A stretch of 64,000 bases of DNA from an uncultured Dehalococcoidia bacterium (GTDB taxonomy: Bacteria; Chloroflexota; Dehalococcoidia; Lucifugimonadales; UBA3495), in the NCBI GenBank assembly GCA_951813535.1, contig OX638345.1, positions 11,029-75,028 of the forward strand. The letters are read 5' to 3'. This document shows, piece after piece, positions 20,105 to 28,506 of the stretch. Numbering within the stretch: position 1 is the first letter of the stretch; each line of letters begins with the position of its first letter. The notes beneath the pieces were generated by a model. That model made no database searches, had not been told where the DNA came from, and was given only the letters and a program-made list of their open reading frames with translations. The translations under genes were made by a program, and so were the position numbers.

Positions 20105-21105
20105 CCACCCTGGAAGCAAACCCGGTGACCCAAACCACCAACGAGGTGCTGCTCGAGGCCGACGGCCTGAAAAAACATTTCCCTGTTACCAAGGGTCTCC
20201 TGGTCTCCAAGGTAACCGGATGGATCAAGGCCGTCGATGGCGTTTCCTTCCAGGTGCGGGCCGGCGAAACGCTGGGAATCGTGGGCGAGTCCGGGTGCGG
20301 CAAGAGCACCACCGCCAAGATGCTCCTGATGCTTGAAGAGCCCACCGAGGGGACCATCAGGTACCAGGGTCAGGAAATCCGCGATGCCAACTCCGAGCAG
20401 CGCCGCGCCTATCGCAGCTCGGTACAGGCGGTTTTCCAGGACCCCTGGAGCTCCCTCAACCCCCGGATGCGTGTCCGGGACCTGATCGCCGAACCCATGG
20501 TCATCAACCTCAACCTGAGCCGGCGCGAAATGCAGGATCGGGTCGCCAAGCTGCTGAACGACGTGGGTCTGAGCAGCTACCACGCCAACCTGTATCCCCA
20601 CGAGTTCAGCGGTGGGCAACGCCAGCGGTTGGCCATCGCCCGGGCCCTGTCCGTGGAGCCACGGGTAATTGTGCTCGACGAGCCGGTTTCAGCGCTGGAC
20701 GTGTCCATTCGCGCCCAGATTATGAACCTGCTGATGGACCTGCAAAATGAGTACAACGTCAGCTATCTGCTGATCGCCCACCACCTGGCAACGGTGCGGT
20801 ACATGTGCGACTGGGTAGCCGTGATGTACCTGGGTCAGATCGTTGAGTACGGGCCCACGAAAGAACTGTTCGACAACGCTTCGCATCCCTACACCAGGGC
20901 CCTGATGAACGCGGCGCTGCCCTCGCACCCGGACATCGAGCAGGAGGAGATGATCCTCACCGGTGAGGTGCCGTCCCCGCTGAATCCGCCCGAGGGTTGC
21001 CGGTTCCATCCCCGGTGTCCTTTCGTAATGGAGCGCTGCTCCCGGGACATCCCCGAAGTAACGGAGCTGGCCCCCGGGCACATAGTTTCCTGTCACCTTT
21101 ACTGA
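20101..21105 (+). CDS. Peptide ABC ATP-binding protein (DppF/OppF-like)
   Basis: GESGCGKS, YPHEFSGGQRQR, VLDEPVS, GCRFHPRC; 4-nt overlap with the previous gene. Confidence 0.95.
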   Translation: MTTLEANPVTQTTNEVLLEADGLKKHFPVTKGLLVSKVTGWIKAVDGVSFQVRAGETLGIVGESGCGKSTTAKMLLMLEEPTEGTIRYQGQEIRDANSEQRRAYRSSVQAVFQDPWSSLNPRMRVRDLIAEPMVINLNLSRREMQDRVAKLLNDVGLSSYHANLYPHEFSGGQRQRLAIARALSVEPRVIVLDEPVSALDVSIRAQIMNLLMDLQNEYNVSYLLIAHHLATVRYMCDWVAVMYLGQIVEYGPTKELFDNASHPYTRALMNAALPSHPDIEQEEMILTGEVPSPLNPPEGCRFHPRCPFVMERCSRDIPEVTELAPGHIVSCHLY

Positions 21106-21121
21106 CGCACGCCGACAACCG

Positions 21122-21146
21122 TGAACCCCGGCATGGCCGGGGTTCA
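21122..21146. terminator. Hairpin between convergent genes (probable terminator)
   Basis: TGAACCCCGGC-ATG-GCCGGGGTTCA, a perfect 11-bp stem. Confidence 0.65.
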
Positions 21147-21175
21147 GCAACCGCCAGATCATCGACGCCGCCCCG

Positions 21176-21943
21176 TTAGAGGGCGGCGTTCACGTTTTTC
21201 AGGAAGTCCTCGGCTCCGATGCGCAGCAGCCCCCAGCCGGATACCGTCACGAAGTTCGCGCCCAGCTTGATGAACTCGGCGACGCCGGCCGTGTCGGCCG
21301 GGTTGTTGCCGCCCACGCCGACATTCTTTCCACCGGCCCGCACCCGCGGGATCACCTCGCTCATCACCCGCCGAACCTCGGCGACTCCCGGGTTGCCCAG
21401 GCTCTGTCCCAGGTCCGATGCTGCGACGTGCAGCACGTCCGCGCCGGAGACCGCCAGGATATCATCCAGGTTTCCCACCGCCTCGACGTCTTCCACCATC
21501 GGGATCACCAGCACGTTCGAGTTCACCCAAGCCGTGGCCTCGTCTCGGTTGACGCCGATGCCGTAGTCCTGCGCCCGGCCGCCGCCCATGCCGCGGTAGC
21601 CGTCGGGGTAGTACCGGGCCGCCCGGGCGATGGCCGCCGCCTGTTCGCCAGTGTTCACGTGCGGCACGATGATTCCCTGCAACCCCCGGTCCAGGAACCG
21701 CAGGATCGTCTGGTCCGAGTGGTCGGGTATCCGCGCTATCGGCGTTATGCCGAAGGACTCGGCGGCGCGGACCATGTGCTCCACCTGGTCCAGGTTGGCC
21801 GGCCCGTGCTCGCAGTCGATCATGACAAAGTCGTAGCCCAGGGCCCCGAAGATCTCGACCATGTCGGGAGCGTAGCGGGTGATGATGGCCCCGAAGACGA
21901 CCTGGCCTTCGTTCAGTTTTGCCTTGGTGGTGTTGGTTCGCAT
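21176..21943 (-). CDS. HpcH/HpaI class II aldolase family protein
   Basis: GYDFVMIDCEHG, RFLDRGLQGIIVPHV, ARYYPDGYRG, IPMVE, ASDLGQSLG; start moved to MRTNTTK (21943) after a GGAAGG RBS. Confidence 0.9.
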   Translation of the reverse strand: MRTNTTKAKLNEGQVVFGAIITRYAPDMVEIFGALGYDFVMIDCEHGPANLDQVEHMVRAAESFGITPIARIPDHSDQTILRFLDRGLQGIIVPHVNTGEQAAAIARAARYYPDGYRGMGGGRAQDYGIGVNRDEATAWVNSNVLVIPMVEDVEAVGNLDDILAVSGADVLHVAASDLGQSLGNPGVAEVRRVMSEVIPRVRAGGKNVGVGGNNPADTAGVAEFIKLGANFVTVSGWGLLRIGAEDFLKNVNAAL

Positions 21944-21968
21944 GAGAATGTTTACCTTCCTGATGGGA

Positions 21969-22712
21969 TCACTGGTTCCGTCGTTGCCGAAGCTCCTCTT
22001 CCAGCTGTCGGACCCGAGCCTCAGCGGCGCGGGCGCGGGTCTCCGCCTGTTCCACCCTGCCTTCCGCTGCGATACGAGCCGCCCGCTCGCCTTCGAAGGT
22101 TGGGATGTGTTGCCCCGTCGCCGGGTCATACCAGCCCAGTTCGCCCTGGTCCCACCGCAGGTGCAGGTCCAGGGCCGCGCTGTATCCCTGCAATGACCCG
22201 TCCGGCAACTCCTCGATGTCGATGGGGTGATACCGCCCGTCCACCAGCAGGTCGCCGGCCAGGCGCGCGCCGTGATATTCACCGGTCTGATCGAACCGCC
22301 AGTACTCGGTGATGCCCAGGGCGGCGTAATCGTCCCTCTTTTCGCCCACGTCGATGCTTCCCGTGCTTGGTGAGGCGACCTCCATCGCGAAGTCTGGGGG
22401 CTTGCCCTGCTCCGAGATGATGTAGCCGTTGCGGTCGCGATAAGCCTGGGGGTCAACGTCGAAGGCGATGAACAGGTCGGGACTGCGCCGGATGCCGCCC
22501 CGGCCGGTACGGGGCATCAGTACGACGTAGCGCTCAGCGGCGACCAGGGTGGTTTCGGGGTTGCCCAGGTGCTGGGCCAGAAAGTGGGCGTTGCCAGGCA
22601 GGTGGATTTGGTCGTAGCTGGTCACTTCGTCAGGATGGCGCTCAGGAGGGTCGGGCAATTGGAACTGAACCTGAGGCTTGGGAGTCTTGGCGGAGGCGTC
22701 GGCGGTTGTCAT
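21969..22712 (-). CDS. Uma2/DUF820 family putative endonuclease
   Basis: RSPDLFIAF, GKPPDFAMEVASPST, KRDDYAALGITEYWRFD, C-terminal coiled coil. Confidence 0.88.
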   Translation of the reverse strand: MTTADASAKTPKPQVQFQLPDPPERHPDEVTSYDQIHLPGNAHFLAQHLGNPETTLVAAERYVVLMPRTGRGGIRRSPDLFIAFDVDPQAYRDRNGYIISEQGKPPDFAMEVASPSTGSIDVGEKRDDYAALGITEYWRFDQTGEYHGARLAGDLLVDGRYHPIDIEELPDGSLQGYSAALDLHLRWDQGELGWYDPATGQHIPTFEGERAARIAAEGRVEQAETRARAAEARVRQLEEELRQRRNQ

Positions 22713-22822
22713 GCTGAACCTCTGCGGGTTTAGAGTAGGCATCCGGTTTGTCGCCGGGGTGGTGATGAACCGGATTATACGCGCGAAGGGTGGGTTATTT
22801 GGTGTACTACGTTATTGGTGTA

Positions 22823-24493
22823 CTACAGCGAACCGTCGATCACCATGTCGAGCAGGGCCGGCTTGCCGGACGCCACCGCCCGGTCCACCGCCGGTTTGAT
22901 CTCTGCCGGGTCCGTGATGCGTTCGCCGTGCACTCCCATGCTGTTGGCGATGGCGGCCATGTCGAAGGGCGTGCCGAAATCGGAGTACAGGAGCTGCCCG
23001 CCCGATGTCTCCGGCAGCTCCAGCACGTCCCGCTGGTACACGTTGAAGTTCACCTTGAGCACCCGGTACGCCCCGTTGTTGCAGATGACGAAAACGCACG
23101 GGATGTTGTCGTTGGCCGCCGTCCACAACCCTTGCACCGTCATCATTGCGCTGCCGTCGCCGATGATCCCGAAAACGGTCCGGTCGGGGTTGGCGCACTG
23201 CGTCCCCATGGTGGTGCCCATGCCGCCGCCGATGGACTGGCCCCGGTAGCCTCTCAGGTCGCCCCGGCGTTCCGCCTGGAAGTAATGCCGCATCGTGCCC
23301 CGGTTGCTGATCGAATCGTCCACCACGATGGCGTTGTCGGGGATTGCTGCCGCCAGTTCCGCCATCATGCGGGCCGGCGTCATCGGCTTGTGGTCCCACT
23401 TTTCGGCCACCGACTCCTCGAATGCTCTCCGATTGTCCATCCTCTCAGCGGCAACGGCGCGTTTGCGCTCCTCGATCTCCGCCCGGTCGCCCGGCGACAG
23501 CCGCTCCCTGAGCGCTGCGATCAGGTCTTCCAGCGCCAGCCCGCAGTGTCCCACGATGCCCACGTCGGTGGGCTCCGAACGCCCGATGCGGCTCCGGTCG
23601 GGATCGATATGGACCAGCTTGGCCTCGGCGGGCAGGATCACGTCGCCCCAGTAGAACAGTTCCTCGAACGGGTCCGAGCCCACCGCCAACGCCAGGTCTA
23701 CGGACTGCAGGACGGCGCGCTGGTCGTTGACCCGCAGCGACAACGCCCCCAGGAACTGCTCGTGCGTCGTTGGGAAGGACACCTCGGCGCCGCGCGCCTG
23801 GTACACCGGCAGGCCCATGAGCTCGGCCAGTTCCACCGCCTGGTCCACGGCGCCGTCGTCGGATAGACGGTCGCCCACCAGCATGATCGGCCGGCTCGCG
23901 TCCATCAACAGGGAAGCAGCCTGGGCGATCCCTTCCGCGCTGGGTCGCGGCGCGTCGTACACCGGCCGCGACGGCTCGATGTTCATCTCGGCCAGGCCCT
24001 CCAGCGCATTGGAGGTGAAGCCCACGTAGACCGGCCCCTTGGGGTGGCTGTTGGCCTCGTTGAACGCCCGGCGGATCGCGCTGGGGATCTGGTCCGCATG
24101 GGATAGTTCCACCGACCATTTGGTGACCGGTCGTACCAACTCCGCCAGATCGGTCATGGTCTCGTTCACTTTGCGCACGTCGTAGTTGGCGGAGGTCACC
24201 ACCATGGGCGTGCCGGTGTTCAGGGCGTCCAGCATCAGGGCAATCCCGTTCGCCAGCCCGCTGTCCACGTGGAGACTGACGAAGGACGCGGTGCCCGTGG
24301 CCCGGGCGTAGGCCTCGCCCATCCCGACCGCCACGCTTTCCTGCAAGGTCAGGATGTAGCGCAACTCGGGGTAATCGCCCAGCAGGTCGATGATCGGCCC
24401 CTCGCTGGTTCCCGGGTTGCCGAATATGTACTCGACCCCCTCGACCTTGAGCATCTCCAGCAGCGCCTGTTTGCCGGTCATCAGTTGGGACAT
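22823..24493 (-). CDS. Thiamine-diphosphate enzyme (benzoylformate decarboxylase-like)
   Basis: IFGNPGTSE, LQESVAVGMGEAYARATG, GDGSAMMTVQGLWTAA...NNGAY ThDP motif; start MSQLMTG at 24493 after GGAG. Confidence 0.92.
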   Translation of the reverse strand: MSQLMTGKQALLEMLKVEGVEYIFGNPGTSEGPIIDLLGDYPELRYILTLQESVAVGMGEAYARATGTASFVSLHVDSGLANGIALMLDALNTGTPMVVTSANYDVRKVNETMTDLAELVRPVTKWSVELSHADQIPSAIRRAFNEANSHPKGPVYVGFTSNALEGLAEMNIEPSRPVYDAPRPSAEGIAQAASLLMDASRPIMLVGDRLSDDGAVDQAVELAELMGLPVYQARGAEVSFPTTHEQFLGALSLRVNDQRAVLQSVDLALAVGSDPFEELFYWGDVILPAEAKLVHIDPDRSRIGRSEPTDVGIVGHCGLALEDLIAALRERLSPGDRAEIEERKRAVAAERMDNRRAFEESVAEKWDHKPMTPARMMAELAAAIPDNAIVVDDSISNRGTMRHYFQAERRGDLRGYRGQSIGGGMGTTMGTQCANPDRTVFGIIGDGSAMMTVQGLWTAANDNIPCVFVICNNGAYRVLKVNFNVYQRDVLELPETSGGQLLYSDFGTPFDMAAIANSMGVHGERITDPAEIKPAVDRAVASGKPALLDMVIDGSL

Positions 24494-24607
24494 GGGCTCC
24501 TCCGGTGCGGGCCGTCCATGCGGGGAGCGGCCAGGGGATTGGGTGTCGGCCAATTCTACAACAAACCGTGTGCCGCAGTTCCCACTATTCCTGCCATAAC
24601 CGCCATC

Positions 24608-24702
24608 GCCAGCGAGGCGCGGCACTCACTGGCAACCCCTTTCACGCAAACCTCTTCGCCAGCGCTCTTTTCGCTTGCCGTTGCCAGCGAGGCGCGGCAC
24701 TC
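24608..24702. repeat. 20-bp direct repeat GCCAGCGAGGCGCGGCACTC x2 (degenerate REP-like)
   Basis: Copies at 24608-24627 and 24683-24702. Confidence 0.75.
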
Positions 24703-24928
24703 CTCGCGGCGCCGCGCTGGGCACGCCTGACCGCGACTCCAGGATGGCTCAGGCTGTGTGGTACCATGGAATCAGTGACGGTACTCTGAGTTCTCCTGGT
24801 CGCTTGTTAGCGCCCCAGCTCACCCTTCGGTTCCTCGTCAGTTCCCCTCTGGGCCTCCCAAGTCCCTTTGCGGTTCTTACCTCGGTGGCCCAGTCTACTT
24901 GTCAACTATTCATCAAAAGGGGTCACGA

Positions 24929-25255
24929 ATGACTTACGCGGATCGAATCCTCCCCTGCACCGAGTGCGGTCAATCCTTCACCTTCAGCGCTGACGATCAG
25001 GCGTACCACGCCGAGAAGGGGTACACCAACGAGCCCAAGCGCTGCCCGTCCTGCCGCCAGGCCAGGCGCGCCCAGCGCAACAACGACGGCTTCGGCGGCG
25101 GGTATGACCGCGGTGAACGCGAAATGCACGCCGTCGTTTGCGCCGAATGCGGCAGGGACACCACCGTGCCTTTCCGACCGAGGGGCGACCGCCCGGTCTA
25201 CTGTAGCGACTGCTTCAGACGACAGGGCACAACGGCCAACACTGGCAGGTACTAG
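24929..25255 (+). CDS. Zinc-ribbon / CxxC-x17-CxxC protein
   Basis: CTEC...EPKRCPSCR, then CAEC-x17-CSDC; start at ATG 24929 after AAGGGG. Confidence 0.9.
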   Translation: MTYADRILPCTECGQSFTFSADDQAYHAEKGYTNEPKRCPSCRQARRAQRNNDGFGGGYDRGEREMHAVVCAECGRDTTVPFRPRGDRPVYCSDCFRRQGTTANTGRY

Positions 25256-25265
25256 GATCCCGAAC

Positions 25266-25304
25266 GAAGAGGGGAGGCGAAAAATGCGCCTCCCCCCTTC
25301 TTTT
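25266..25304 (+). terminator. Intrinsic terminator
   Basis: GAAGAGGGGAGGCG-loop-CGCCTCCCCCCTTC followed by TTTT. Confidence 0.75.
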
Positions 25305-25335
25305 CACATCAGAACGCAAATGATGGAGAATCGCA

Positions 25336-25656
25336 ATGAAGCTATGGCCATTCGGCAAACAGGTCCAAGAACTTTCCCGAGAGTTGATCCTGGAGTTATC
25401 CAGGACCTTTGGTGTTGCGTCGCAAGACGCCTCGCAGATGCGCTACGTGTCCAAACGGGGCCGGCTGGGCACCGGAAACGTCAACCGGGTGTTCATATTC
25501 AACCCCGCCGCTCTTTCTGCCTTGGAGTTGGCGTCAGCCAGCTTCGACACCCTGACTGCCCTGAACAAGGGCCTGCTCTTCACTGGGCACATCATGAAGG
25601 GCCACGAAGCCTCGAAGGGGAACCTGGTCGTTCTCTACGATAAGCGCGCCACGTAA
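25336..25656 (+). CDS. Hypothetical protein (106 aa)
   Basis: GGAGA RBS, protein-like composition, no recognised motif. Confidence 0.65.
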   Translation: MKLWPFGKQVQELSRELILELSRTFGVASQDASQMRYVSKRGRLGTGNVNRVFIFNPAALSALELASASFDTLTALNKGLLFTGHIMKGHEASKGNLVVLYDKRAT

Positions 25657-26163
25657 CGGTATCACGAGCCCCGGCGCCTTCGTCGTACCGGCAACGCCGG
25701 CGGATCGACATTTCAAACGCCGCAGCGCGTTTGCCGATATTGCAACAGGCGTCCCGCACCTCGGGCATTCGCGCGGGGTACGGGACGCCTGCGCCGTTTC
25801 CGCAGATCTCTCTTCCAACACCGCGGTCAGACTCCCGTCGCGCCTCCCACCATACCCGTGTCGCCCGCCGACCGCGCCACTCCTCCCGCCGTCCCTGTCC
25901 CCCTCCCGCCGTCCCTGTCCCCCGTCATCGCTGTCCCCCTCCGTCTTGCCGGCGAAAGCAGGCATCCAGCAACCCCGCGATACAGCAGCCGCAAACCTGT
26001 CACGTTCCCGCCCCACCGCGCCGTCGACAGGCCATCCTGTCCATCCTGTCCATCGAAGTAAGTTCAACCCCCGGCCTGCCAAGCGGAAAATCCCTGACAC
26101 CGGCGTCTCACAACTGCCAGAACCCCCGTGCTAACATGGTTCCACAGGCGAAAACTCGACCCC

Positions 26164-26368
26164 GACCAGGTCCCAGGCAACACGGCCAATCAGCACCAAG
26201 TCGCTACCGGCCTTTGTGGCGGACTGTCTCTGACCGATCTAATCAGGGTAGTCCTCCCGGCCACCGGGCCCGCAACAGCCCGCCATGCTTCAGGCATGGA
26301 CAATAAGAGCAAAAAGCCACAGCGCAACACCTCCGGCCGTAGGGCTGATACACGCCTGGGACCTGGTC
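26164..26368 (+). ncRNA. Candidate structured ncRNA (~205 nt; 6S-like rod with branched apex)
   Basis: Perfect 15-bp closing helix GACCAGGTCCCAGGC/GCCTGGGACCTGGTC, nested helices ATCAGC/GCTGAT and TTGTGGC/GCCACAG, three apical hairpins, upstream extended -10 TGCTAACAT (26129-26137); strand inferred from the promoter only. Confidence 0.55.
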
Positions 26369-26528
26369 ACCAACCCAATCACCAATCGCCTGTAGCCACC
26401 AACTTACCTGCAATCAATCAATCGCCTGTGAAAACCCAAACCCGGAGGAGCCAACCCATCGCAAACTGACCGCGATCCCAATCCCGTACATCCTGTGCAT
26501 CCATGCAAAAAAGGAGCGCGCGTCCATC

Positions 26529-27224
26529 ATGGGCAGTGTCCAACATCACCAGGCTGAGGCCCGGCGGTTCCTGTCGCTGGCCCGGTCCGACCACAACTCC
26601 GACAATTACGACCGTGCCGCCAACGCGCTGGCCCGGGCGGCCTCTCACGCCGCCACGTCGGCCCTGTTCCACGTCGGCCTGTTGCGCCGGCCCACCCGTC
26701 GCAAGCTGACCAACACTCTGTTCATGCTGGCGAACCAGGGACAAATCTCCAACGGAGGGGTCCGCACCTTCCGGAGCATCTACCAGCTTCCCGACCAACT
26801 GGACGCTGCCAAGCCCGGCCAGCGCCAGCGTCTGTCCCGTCGGGCCCGCAACCGCGTCGCGGCGCTCGTCCGTTCGGTGGAAGGAGCCATCGCTGGCCGT
26901 CCCGCATCAGGACGCGGCCGCCGCAATCGTCCGCCTCGCCGACCCGCGCCCAACTGCGTATCGGAGATCATCGCCCTGCCGGATTACCACGAGATCGCCC
27001 AGGCCCACAACCTGGTGAGCGCGCCCTTGGCGAGACGACCTGACCCTCACGGCTTCTACGCCCGTGGCCGGACGCCGCCGGAGTGCCCCTGTCATCCCGT
27101 GCCGCTGCCCCGCCGCGACGACCGCGACGCCATCGAGTTGTCGCCCCTGTGGAAGCGCGCCCTGGAGCGCACTTTCCGCGTCCCCTTCCCCCACACCATC
27201 CCCATCCATATGGCCGCCGTCTGA
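26529..27224 (+). CDS. Hypothetical protein, N-terminus resembling a HEPN/PaREP1-type helical bundle
   Basis: AAGGAG RBS; EARRFLSLAR...YDRAANALARAASHAATSAL pattern; C-terminal CPCHP. Confidence 0.55.
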   Translation: MGSVQHHQAEARRFLSLARSDHNSDNYDRAANALARAASHAATSALFHVGLLRRPTRRKLTNTLFMLANQGQISNGGVRTFRSIYQLPDQLDAAKPGQRQRLSRRARNRVAALVRSVEGAIAGRPASGRGRRNRPPRRPAPNCVSEIIALPDYHEIAQAHNLVSAPLARRPDPHGFYARGRTPPECPCHPVPLPRRDDRDAIELSPLWKRALERTFRVPFPHTIPIHMAAV

Positions 27225-27230
27225 TCCCGA

Positions 27231-27259
27231 TTGACGCCCGTCGCCCCCTGCGGTATCGT
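27231..27259 (+). promoter_or_regulatory. Sigma70-type promoter of the MaoC-selenoprotein operon
   Basis: TTGACG-N17-TATCGT, about 40 nt upstream of ATG 27299. Confidence 0.6.
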
Positions 27260-27298
27260 TAGTCCCGCCTACGCAAACGATATTGGGAGTGCCCCATT

Positions 27299-27724
27299 AT
27301 GCCCGAACAAGAACTGCCCCTCTTCGACTACGACGAAGTTCAGGTTGGCGAGGAGTTGGGTTCCTATGAGTACTTGCTGACGCAGGAGATGGTGGATCTG
27401 TATCGGCGGGCCGTGGACGATCCCGATGCAGTGTTCCCCACCATTGCCGTCAAGCATGACGCCACTTCGCTGGCGCTGGCCTACGACGACCAGACCGGGA
27501 GCATCAACGCCGGCAACGAGATTGATCTGTACAATCCGCCAATCCCCGGCAAGAAGATCCGCGTCACCGGCCGGATCCACAACAAGTACGTCCGCCGCGA
27601 GAAGCCCTATCTGGTCATCGAGGCCACGGCTACCGACGAGGATGGGCGGCTGATCGAGAAGATGCGCACCTACCAGATCAAGAAACCCGAGGAGTTGGGC
27701 AAGAAATGGCATCCCCAAAGCTAG
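27299..27724 (+). CDS. MaoC-like hotdog-fold dehydratase subunit
   Basis: YRRAVDD, INAGNEIDLYNPPIPGKKIRVTGRI, YLVIEATATDEDG. Confidence 0.78.
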   Translation: MPEQELPLFDYDEVQVGEELGSYEYLLTQEMVDLYRRAVDDPDAVFPTIAVKHDATSLALAYDDQTGSINAGNEIDLYNPPIPGKKIRVTGRIHNKYVRREKPYLVIEATATDEDGRLIEKMRTYQIKKPEELGKKWHPQS

Positions 27725-28128
27725 ACAGCGAAACCCTCCCCGTCGTCACCAAGCACATCACCCAGGACGTCATCAACCAGTTCGAGGCCTGCGGAATCCT
27801 CAATCGGTCCAACATCCACAACGATCCGGAGTTGGCCTCAAAACGGCTCGGCACCACCTACGCCATCGCCTCCGGCCGCATGAGCATCGCCTTCTGCACC
27901 GAGGCCATGCGCAAGTTCATCGGCTCCGATGACTTCCACCGTTCCGGCAACGTCAACCTCAAGTTCCTGCGCCCGGTGAAGCACGGCGACACCGTCAGCG
28001 TCCACGGGCAGGTCAACAGCCGCGAGCCGCAGGACGACGGTTCCACGCTGGTCACCGTCGACGTCTACTGCGAGAACCAGAACGGCGACAAGACCGCCGT
28101 CGGCCAGGCCAGCGCCCGCGTCAAATGA
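27706..28128 (+). CDS. MaoC-like hotdog-fold dehydratase subunit
   Basis: NIHNDPELA...IASG hydratase motif, LKFLRPVKHGDTV, CENQNG. Confidence 0.82.
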   Translation: MASPKLDSETLPVVTKHITQDVINQFEACGILNRSNIHNDPELASKRLGTTYAIASGRMSIAFCTEAMRKFIGSDDFHRSGNVNLKFLRPVKHGDTVSVHGQVNSREPQDDGSTLVTVDVYCENQNGDKTAVGQASARVK

Positions 28129-28188
28129 GCTCGTCGCCGGCAGCCGGCCACCAAGTCCAGCAAACATCCATAATCTGGAGCAATTCCC

Positions 28189-28506
28189 ATGACAATGACC
28201 AGGTCCGATTTCGGCAAGGTTGAAGTCGACATCGTCTACTGCGTGCCTTGAGGGTACCACGGCCTCGCCACGTGGCTGGCGACCGAGTTCTGGCGCTCCC
28301 AAAACGCCGGCGATATCGCGATCAAGCTCACCCCCGCCGATAAAGGGCGCCTCGAGATCTACCTTGACGGCGACAAGATCTTTGACCGCTTCGACGAAGA
28401 TGGCGACGAGTACCCGGGCTACACCAAGGTCAACGAGCTCAAGATGGTCATCGCCGAGCGCGTCTTCGACGTTGAAGACGAAATCGCCGCCGCGAGGAAC
28501 GCTTAG
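28189..28506 (+). CDS. SelW/SelT/SelH (Rdx) family selenoprotein with in-frame UGA (CxxU)
   Basis: GGAG RBS; MTMTRSDFGKVEVDIVYCVP-TGA(28249-51)-GYHGLATWLATEF...GRLEIYLDGDKIFDR...TAG abutting the next ATG; absent from the ORF track. Confidence 0.88.
28261..28284 (+). promoter_or_regulatory. Candidate bacterial SECIS hairpin
   Basis: TCGCCA(28265-70)-CGTGGC-TGGCGA(28277-82); G-containing loop begins 19 nt after the UGA. Confidence 0.6.

Noticed and set aside
24500-24760. TPP riboswitch upstream of the ThDP enzyme
   Set aside because: No CTGAGA/ACCTGAT aptamer signature on the minus strand; the region is explained by REP-like direct repeats
26164-26368. Retron msr-msd interpretation of the inverted-repeat-bounded RNA
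   Set aside because: No reverse transcriptase gene anywhere in the window
26128-26469. 113-aa ORF MLTWFHRRK… over the structured RNA
   Set aside because: No RBS, its start overlaps the -10 element, composition is not protein-like, and the nested base-pairing is better explained as RNA structure
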